A stretch of 64,000 bases of DNA from contig CAYSSR010000002.1 of the NCBI GenBank assembly GCA_964433755.1, positions 81,419 through 145,418 on the forward strand, read 5' to 3'. The position numbers and the translations under genes are program-made. This DNA is from an uncultured Anaerolineales bacterium (GTDB taxonomy: Bacteria > Chloroflexota > Anaerolineae > UBA7937 > B3-Chlor). Shown here one piece after another: positions 54,519 to 63,000 of this stretch; positions within the stretch are counted from its first letter, which is position 1, and every line of letters starts with the position of its first letter. A model generated the notes under the pieces. The model was not told the DNA's origin. It did no database searches and saw only the letters and a program-made list of their open reading frames with translations.

Positions 54519-54932
54519 ATAAAGCGGCTTCTCCTACTTTCTATCTTGCTCGTGGCGTCGTCCATTCTGGCCTGCGACTTCAGTGCCAGTGTCGGCGACG
54601 CAGGCGAGGGTCTCAAGACAGCAGTGGTCTGCGCCTCCCTCGCTGACGACTACGGACCAGTAGACCCCACGGACGTCTTCGCCCCTGAGGATGCCTTCAA
54701 CATCTCCGTCGAGTACGCCAGTCTGGAGGAGGGGCAAAGCATCGGCGTGAAGTGGTTCCAGGAAGACGACCTCCTGTACGAGATAGCCGTCGATTTGGAC
54801 GCCTACACCGCAGGGGACGGCTATGCCGGCTTCACACTGACCAACGATGCACTCTGGTCGACCGGTAGCTACCACGCCGACATCTACCTGGATGGGGAAT
54901 TCGACCACACGGCGGAGTTCCGCGTGGAGTAG
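54519..54932 (+). CDS. Small lipoprotein of unknown function; start codon unresolved
   Basis: In-frame KRLLLLSILLVASSILAC|D is a classic lipoprotein signal with lipobox. The only codons upstream of it are ATC/ATA; ATA 54519 lies 5 nt after AAGGAGG. The track start TTG 54546 would delete the signal n-region. Confidence 0.5.
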   Translation: MKRLLLLSILLVASSILACDFSASVGDAGEGLKTAVVCASLADDYGPVDPTDVFAPEDAFNISVEYASLEEGQSIGVKWFQEDDLLYEIAVDLDAYTAGDGYAGFTLTNDALWSTGSYHADIYLDGEFDHTAEFRVE

Positions 54933-55116
54933 GGCGGCGAACCCAGATGGCACCAGGGTCAAGGTGGCAAGGGCCCTGGCGCTCTGACAGCCACGGGCAC
55001 GAGGTTCGTCCGCACGAACTACACCTCATGCTCCATGGCTACCTATGCTGGGCTGACCTCTGAGAGGGGTCTCGCACATCTTGCCCGGACAACATTGAAG
55101 TAACGGGAGGTTTTGT

Positions 55117-56277
55117 ATGGGAAGAGTAGGGATCATTGGTGTCGGGCAAAGCGCGTTCGTGCGCGGATACCCCGGCTCGATCAGGGAGCTTGCCTACGAA
55201 GCGTTCAAGGAAGCTATGGAGGATGCGCAGATCTCCAACAAGGACGTCGACGCATCCATCATTTGCTCTGCCCCGGAGTATGACAAGCAGAGGTCTCCGG
55301 CTGGGGTTCTGGCCGAGTACCTCGGCCTCATCCCGCAACCCACGTTTTACGTTGAGAGTGTCTGCTCCTCCAGCAGCACGGGTCTCAAAGTGGCCTATTC
55401 CATGATCAAGGCCGGCCTTCACGATATGGTGTGCGTGCTAGGCTTCCAGAAGATGTCCGAGATCTCCTCTGCGGAATCGCAAGAGCGCATGGGTCGAGGA
55501 GCGGACATCCAGTGGGAGTCCCCCTTCGGTACCATGATGCCTGCCTACTACGCCATGTACGCCAGGGCACACATGGCCAAGTATGGCACAACCGAAGAGG
55601 ACCTGGCTCTGATCAGGATCAAGGCCGCCACGTATGGGCAGATGAACGACAAGGCCCTCTACAGGAAGCCGGTGACCATGGAGCAGATCTTCGATCCTGA
55701 GAGACCTCCGGTTGCCACACCCCTCAAGGTCTTCGACTGCTGTGCCAACGCCGACGGCTCCTCCTGCATCATCGTTGCCAGTGAGGAAAAGGCCAAGGCG
55801 CTATGCGAGAAACCGATCTGGATTCTAGGGTTGGGTGCCGCCTCCGAGGCGGTGAACATGGCCGGGCGAGACCTCTTCACCGGGCTGACTGTGGCCATCG
55901 AGGCCGGCAAGCAGGCATACGAGATGGCCGGCCTCGGCCCTGAGGACATCGACGTGGCCGAGGTGCACGACTGCTTCACCATTGCCGAGATGATGGCCTA
56001 CGAGAACCTGGGCTTCGCCAAGCCCGGCGAGGGCAAAGACCTCATCGGGGCCAAGGAGACCTACAAGGAGGGCAAGATCCCCGTGAACGTAGACGGCGGA
56101 CTGCTCTCCAAGGGCCATCCCATCGGGGCTACAGGTGGGTCCCAGATCAGGACCATCGTCCTCCAGCTCAGAGGGGACGCAGGCCCCATGCAGGTCCAGG
56201 ACCCTGAGATCGGTCTGGTGCACAACATCGGCGGCGTGGGCCTCTACGGCAACGTCACCATCCTCGGGAGGTCATGA
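55117..56277 (+). CDS. Thiolase-like protein (archaeal-type / SCP-x-type acetyl-CoA acetyltransferase)
   Basis: VGIIGVGQS, VESVCSSSS (active-site Cys region), HDCF, and GHPIGATG. Confidence 0.85.
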   Translation: MGRVGIIGVGQSAFVRGYPGSIRELAYEAFKEAMEDAQISNKDVDASIICSAPEYDKQRSPAGVLAEYLGLIPQPTFYVESVCSSSSTGLKVAYSMIKAGLHDMVCVLGFQKMSEISSAESQERMGRGADIQWESPFGTMMPAYYAMYARAHMAKYGTTEEDLALIRIKAATYGQMNDKALYRKPVTMEQIFDPERPPVATPLKVFDCCANADGSSCIIVASEEKAKALCEKPIWILGLGAASEAVNMAGRDLFTGLTVAIEAGKQAYEMAGLGPEDIDVAEVHDCFTIAEMMAYENLGFAKPGEGKDLIGAKETYKEGKIPVNVDGGLLSKGHPIGATGGSQIRTIVLQLRGDAGPMQVQDPEIGLVHNIGGVGLYGNVTILGRS

Positions 56278-56278
56278 G

Positions 56279-56716
56279 ATGGCCAAAGGCAAGAAAGAAG
56301 TAGACGAGCGCTTCGGCAAGTTCGGGACCGTTAGCTTCACCTCCATATCCAAGGTCAACGACTTCATGGACTACCTGTCCCAGGGGAGGGTGATGGGCAC
56401 CAAGTGCAGGGAGTGCGGAACGAAGCACTTCCCCCCGGTCGCCGACTGCGCCGAGTGTCTGTCCAGCAACGTGGACTGGTTCGAGGTCACAGGCGCGGGC
56501 AAGCTGGTCAGCTTCAGTACGCTGACATACGGCCCGGCGGGCTTCGAGGACGACCTGCCCTACGCCATCGCCCTCCTCGATTACGGCGACTACAAGGTCT
56601 TCGGCCGCATCGCCAAGGAAATCCCGGAGAATGAACTCAGCATCGGCATGGCTATGAAGACGGAACCTCTCACACTGCCCAACGGTCAACTCAGCTACGT
56701 CTTCACCAAGGCCTAG
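56279..56716 (+). CDS. DUF35 Zn-ribbon / OB-fold protein (thiolase partner)
   Basis: GTKCRECGTKHFPPVADCAECLS followed by an OB-fold region. ATG 56279 lies one nt after the thiolase stop and 7 nt after GGGAGG. Confidence 0.85.
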   Translation: MAKGKKEVDERFGKFGTVSFTSISKVNDFMDYLSQGRVMGTKCRECGTKHFPPVADCAECLSSNVDWFEVTGAGKLVSFSTLTYGPAGFEDDLPYAIALLDYGDYKVFGRIAKEIPENELSIGMAMKTEPLTLPNGQLSYVFTKA

Positions 56717-56739
56717 AGCGACCGATTCCGTTGTCTGCG

Positions 56740-56774
56740 AGCCGGGGCACGACCGCCCCGGCTTCTTCTCTGTT
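56740..56774 (+). terminator. Intrinsic terminator after the thiolase-DUF35 operon
   Basis: AGCCGGGGC (56740-48) pairs with GCCCCGGCT (56755-63) around a 6-nt loop, followed by TCTTCTCTGTT. Confidence 0.6.
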
Positions 56775-56827
56775 GGGCCTCTTGGCGCACAGGGAACGCC
56801 GCGTCACACCTACCACGGCGACACTGT

Positions 56828-56856
56828 TTGACTTCGCTCCTCAGATTTGCTAACAT
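56828..56856 (+). promoter_or_regulatory. Putative promoter of the giant ORF (-35 TTGACT, 17 nt, -10 TAACAT)
   Basis: TTGACT at 56828-56833 and TAACAT at 56851-56856, giving a leader of about 140 nt to ATG 57001. Confidence 0.4.
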
Positions 56857-57000
56857 AGTAGCGTGTGTTCCTGCGAAGGGATTCGCTCAACACGAAGCAG
56901 TGGTCTGTCGCCGGCGCCGTGCGCGCCTACCTGCATGCATCCGTCCTGACATTCCGATCCAGTGGGTCGGGATGTCTTTCTTTGCCCAGGAGTGTAGACC

Positions 57001-60000
57001 ATGACTCGTGTCTCCGTGTCGCGCAAGACATGCTCAAGAGCCAGAACGCCGCTAGCGGTTGCCGTCCTGGCAATCGTCCTGCTCGCAGCACCTGTCTCCG
57101 TCGCCCAGGGGCCAGGCCTCGAGATCACTGCTGAATCCAGAGTGGCGGACCATCCCCCACGCGAAGCGCTCAGGGCAGACACTGGTTCAACGTCACAAGC
57201 AGCACCACTCTCATCATACCTGGAAGCTGTTGCCATCTCCGATGACTACCTCGAAGCGATCCTCGGCCACGGGTTCGTGTCGTCGCATCTGGAAGTACTT
57301 GGACTCAACGAGAGGCCTGATATCCCTTCGCTCTGGTCTGTGATCTACCGCTATAGCTCGGGAGAACACAGCGTAGATCTCTCCGTCGCCGTCGACCACA
57401 GCACGTCGCCGGTCGATCCCTCCCGCATTGTCGTAGAGTTGTCCAAGATGATCGGCGTGCCGCAGGAGATCACCATCGGCAAGGATCTGGCCGAGCAACT
57501 GGCGCTAGAGAGAGGCGTTCCGGGGCCATACTCCACCAGTTTGGACCTGGACTGGGAGACCCGGCGCCTCGTGTGGCTGGTCCAGAACCACGATCTCGTG
57601 GAGCCCGGCACGACGAAGGGTTTCATGGTCGATGCGGAGACTGGAGGCCTCGTGCCCATCTCAGTGGGCGCGCCGCCTCTCCCACCTCCGAGCAGCGGAC
57701 CTGGCACGCCTGCGGACCTCGGTTTCATCTCCCTCGCAGATCTGGACGCTGGGACCGAGGCCACGCCTCTGGACGAGGGAGAGCTAGGGGCTGGGGACGT
57801 CTACATCAACACCGTATCATGGACCACGAAACTCGTACGTACCGAGAACCAGAGTATCGAGATCTGGAGCTACAACGGCGATTCCTCCTCGCATACACTG
57901 TACCACTACCTCACGTTTCACCTACCAGCCGGCGGGACACAGTACACAGAGGGCGACCACATTAGTGTCTCGCCGGGCAACTGGCTGGTAGATACCTTCA
58001 CCATTGGCAACGGGACGGCGGGTATCGGCATCTACACCTTCGATGTCGGGCTGTGGGAGGAGGGGTACCTGTGGGATACCGAGCTGGACGATCAGAATGG
58101 TAACAAGTTCTACTGGATCTTCGACCGGCCCGGCGGAGTCAGCACCAACTACTACTGTGACGATACGTGGCATCACCCCTCGAACACGACCATCCTCGAA
58201 ACTGCGTTGAACCAGGTCCCCGGCTACACATCGGCCTCCTCGGCCGTCAACACGCTGAAGAGCTATGTCTACTATCTCGTGACGTACAATGTCAACTTTG
58301 GAGAGCGGAGCTCGGACCTCCAAGTCCTGAGTGATCCGCGCGGCGACTGCAACGATTTCTCCGATCTCTACACCGGCCTCGCTCGCGCTATCAACGTCCC
58401 TACCAGAGTGGTTAGCGGCAGCGCATACGAATCTTCTTCGGACTGCGACCCTAACGATGGCATCTCGACGACACTGTGTGGCGTCTATTGCAGTGCCGTC
58501 GACTACTACTGGGGACACCAATGGTCCGAATCCTACTATAGCTCCGGGACCTACGGAACGACCTTCCACCACGTCGATCCCACGTGGAATGATATGGAGA
58601 ATGCCAGGGCCTATCTGAACACATCTTGCGTGAGCCACGTTCACGCTTCGGCCTACACCGAGTGTGACGACGACTATCTCGATGACTGCACACGCAAAGC
58701 CGACACCCTCAGACAGGTCAACGGCTGGCTCAACGTGACCACCACCACCGATGCTGGCTATGACACCAGCTACTGGTGTCCCAACGATGCCGACGACGAC
58801 GGCACCTGCGACACCACCGACACCGACAGAGATGGTGACGGCATCCCTGACGATTCAGATGCAGAGCCATGTGTATGCAATGCTCCGGACGAACCTACAC
58901 CCTCCTCACCGGGAGACTACTCCAACACTTGTGACCCCAGGCCCTTGTTCATCTGGTCTGACGTCGATCGCGCTACTTCCTACCACATTCTGGTGGACGA
59001 CGATTTCGACTTCGGTAGTCCGGTGATAGACACTACCCCCCTGGTTTCCAACTACATGCCAGGGTTCGACATGGTACCCGACACGTACTACTGGAAAGTA
59101 GCGGCCGCCAACGTCTGTGGAGACGGCGCCTTTTCCTTCCCTACGTGGCGGTTCACCGTCGACGAGCCGGCGCCTTCGTCATCCCCAACCCTCCAAGCGC
59201 CGGGGGACGGCACCACCACCTGCGATGACATGCCTTACTTCAATTGGACCGACGTTACGGGCGCCACGTCCTATCATCTCGAGGTGGATAACGACTCCGA
59301 CTTCCTGTCTCCAGAGATAGACGCCACACCGTCCAGCTCGGAATACACCGTGGCCCTGCCCCTGGACCCCGGCCAGTACTACTGGCGCGTACGAGGCTCG
59401 AACTCTTGCGGGGACGGCCCCTGGTCCTCGCCTATCTGGACCCTGACCGTCAACGCCGTCCCCTCCTCGGCCCCGTCGCTGTCCGAGCCAGGGAATGGCG
59501 TCAGCGGCTGTGACCCTACGCCCTACTTCAACTGGTCCGACGTGGATGGGGCCACGTACTATCGCATCCAGGTGGACAACAGCTCAGGCTTCACGTCGCC
59601 TGAGATCAACACCACATCTTCGGTCTCCGAGTACACCCCCGTCAGCGGGTTGGACCCGGACACCTACTACTGGCACGTCCAGGGCTCCAACTCCTGTGGC
59701 GATGGGCCGTGGTCTTCACCAACCTGGAGTTTCACCATCAGTGATCCTGCTCCTTCGACGGCGCCCTCCTTGTCTGAGCCAGGGAACGGGTCCAGCACCT
59801 GCGACGACACTCCGCTCTTCAACTGGACCGATGTGAGCGGTGCCACGTCCTATCGCATCCAGGTGGACAACAACTCAGGCTTCACGTCGCCTGAGATAGA
59901 CACCACCTCTTCGGTCTCCCAGTACACCCCCGTCAGCGCATTGGACCCGGACACCTACTATTGGCGCGTGCAAGGGTTGAACTCATGCGGAGACGGACCC

Positions 60001-63000
60001 TGGTCGTCACCGACCTGGCAATTCACCATCAATGCTGCGCCCTCCACTGCGCCTACACAGTCAGAGCCTCCCAATGCATCTGGCACCTGCGATTCCACAC
60101 CATTGTTCGACTGGTCTGTCGTCGGCGGCGCCACTTCCTACGATATCCAGGTGGACAACGATTCCAACTTCTCTTCGCCTGAGATAGACACCGATACTTC
60201 CGTGTCCAACTACACACCCGCCGCTCCCCTATCCCCCAACCTCTACTTCTGGCGGGTGAGGGCTTCCAACAGTTGCGGAGACGGCCCGTGGTCTTCTCCC
60301 GCGTGGAGCGTCACCGTCAACCAGGCGGCGCCGACGTCGGCCCCGAGTCTGTCCCAGCCCGGCAATGCCTCTAGTACGTGCGACGACACCCCACTCTTCG
60401 ACTGGTCCGACATCGGTGGGGCCACCTCCTATCGTATCCAGGTGGACAACAACTCAGGGTTCACCTCACCGGAGATTGATGCCACGCCTTCGGTTTCGAA
60501 CTACACGTCATCGACGGGCCTTGCACCTGATAGCTACTACTGGCGCGTGCAGGCCTCCAATGGCTGTGGCGATGGCCCGTGGTCCTCCCCGTGGAGCTTC
60601 ACCGTCGATCCGCCGGCTCCCTCGTCGGCACCCACACTGTACGATCCCAGCAATGGCACAGGGACCTGCGATCCGACTCCCGGTTTCGACTGGTCCGACG
60701 TAACCCGAGCCACCTCCTACCGGCTCCAGGTGGACAACGACTCTGGCTTCGGCTCTCCCGAGATTAGCGTCACACCATCGGTGTCCAACTACACTCCATC
60801 GTCCAGTCTCGCCCCGGACACGTACTACTGGCGGGTGCAGGGATACAATAGCTGTGGAGACGGTCCCTGGTCCTCCCCTGTATGGAGTCTCACCATCAAC
60901 CAGTCGGCCCCGTCCTCCGCACCCACGCTCTACGAACCGACTAATGGCCTCGTGACCTGCGATTCCACACCCTACTTCGACTGGTTCGCCGTCACTGGAG
61001 CGACTTCGTATCGTATCCAGGTCGACAACGACTCCGGCTTTGGGTCTCCAGAGATCAACACCACGACGTCGGTATCGAACTACACTCCTTCGTCCTCGCT
61101 GTCTCCTGGAACCTACTACTGGCGGGTGCAAGGATACAACGGTTGTGGGAACGGCCCCTGGTCGTCGCCCACCTGGAGCATAATCATCGATACACCCGCT
61201 CCGTCATCTGCGCCTCTCTTGTCGCTGCCGACCAACGGGTCAGGCACCTGCGATTCGACTCCTTATTCCGACTGGTCCACTGTCACCGGTGCTACGTCCT
61301 ACCGCATCCAGGTAGACAACGATCCAGGATTCGGTTCGCCAGAGATCGACGCGACGCCATCCGCATCTGACTACACAGCGCCATCATCCCTTTCTCCCGA
61401 CACGTACTACTGGCGGGTACAAGGACACAACGACTGCGGCGATGGGCCCTGGTCCTCTCCCTGGAGCTTCACCGTCAACGACTCGGCGCCCGGGTCGGCG
61501 CCCACTCTCTCCACGCCTCCCGATACCTCAACCACCAGCGACAGTACGCCCTATTTCGACTGGTCCGACGTCACGGGAGCAAGCTCTTATCGTATCCAGG
61601 TGGACAATGACTCAGACTTCGGATCACCGGTGATAGACACCTCGCCCTCGGCCTCGAACTACACACCAGGTTCCTCTCTATCTGACGGCACGTACCACTG
61701 GCACGCACGAGCGTCCAACGGCTGCGGCGATGGGCCCTGGTCCTCGTCCTGGAGCTTCACCGTGGATACTTCCACAGTGGTGGTAGGGCCTCTGGTTTAC
61801 GAGACCCACGTGTCAGACGATGACGACCTCGGTGAGAGCAGTGGCAACGACAATGGCGTCGTCGACTGTGGAGAGACTATCGAGTTGCTGGTGACACTAT
61901 TCAACGAAGGCACGGATACGGCCACAGGCGTGAGTGCTGCCATCAGCGAGAGCGATCCGTACGTGGCCCTTGTGAGCAACACCACCAGTGGCTACCCCGA
62001 CATCCCCGGGGAAAGCACAGGCACCAACACCGACGACTATGACTTCACAGTCGATCCCGACACCCCAGATGCACACGTCATCCATTTCGACCTGGACATC
62101 ACGGCCTCCAACGGCGGCCCCTGGTCGGATTCCTTCGACGTCACCGTGTCCTGTGGCAATAGCGCGCCCGCTCTCTCCTGGACCGGCGAGACCAACTACG
62201 TCTCCGACGGCCTCCATCCCGAGAGCGGCGGCACGAGTGACGACTACGAATACCGCATCCAATACAGCGACGCGGACGGGGACGCCCCCAGCTACGTCCG
62301 TGTGCACATCAAACAAGATGGTGCGGGCATCCCAGGCAGCCCCTTCACAATGGCCTGCGCCAGTGGCGACTACACGACGGGGGTTATCTGCCAGTACACC
62401 CAATCGGGACTGGACGAGGGCTCAGGCTACACCTACTACTTCGAGGCGCAGGACGACCAGGGCAATCCTGCCACGCCCACCTCAGAGTTGGATGCCCCAG
62501 ACGTCAGCGATGGTGGTTTGCCCAAGTGGACCTTCCTGGTCTATCTCAACGGCGACGTCTCGAGCGCCACGGAAGACGCTGCGGTCGACGACTTCCTGGA
62601 GATGTCCAGCATCGGTTCCACCAGTGACGTCAACATCGTGGTCTGGTTCGATCCATTGGGCGACACCTACACGTCGGATCACACCTACGAGTTCTACGTG
62701 ACCGAGGACATGACCCCCGATCCGGCCAACGGAATCTACCTGGGCGAGAAGAACATGTCGGACCCCCAGACCCTCGTCGATTTCGTCCAGGCGGGGAAAG
62801 CCAACTATCCCGCAGAGCACTACGCCGTCATCATCTGGGATCGAGGCAGCGAGCTGAGGCGCGACCCTCCCGAGGACACCATCCTGGGAGACATCTGTTT
62901 CGACGTCAACCCCTTCTTGTCCAGCTACGCTATGAGCATGACAGAGCTGCGCAACGCCCTCAGCACCATCACCAACGACGGCGCCGAGCCCCTGGATCTG

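Noticed and set aside
58893-61767. The regular ~290-nt periodicity could be mistaken for a CRISPR or satellite array.
   Set aside because: The period is far too long. The units are contiguous, in frame and conserved at the protein level (Cys pair, YYWRV). They are coding domain repeats.
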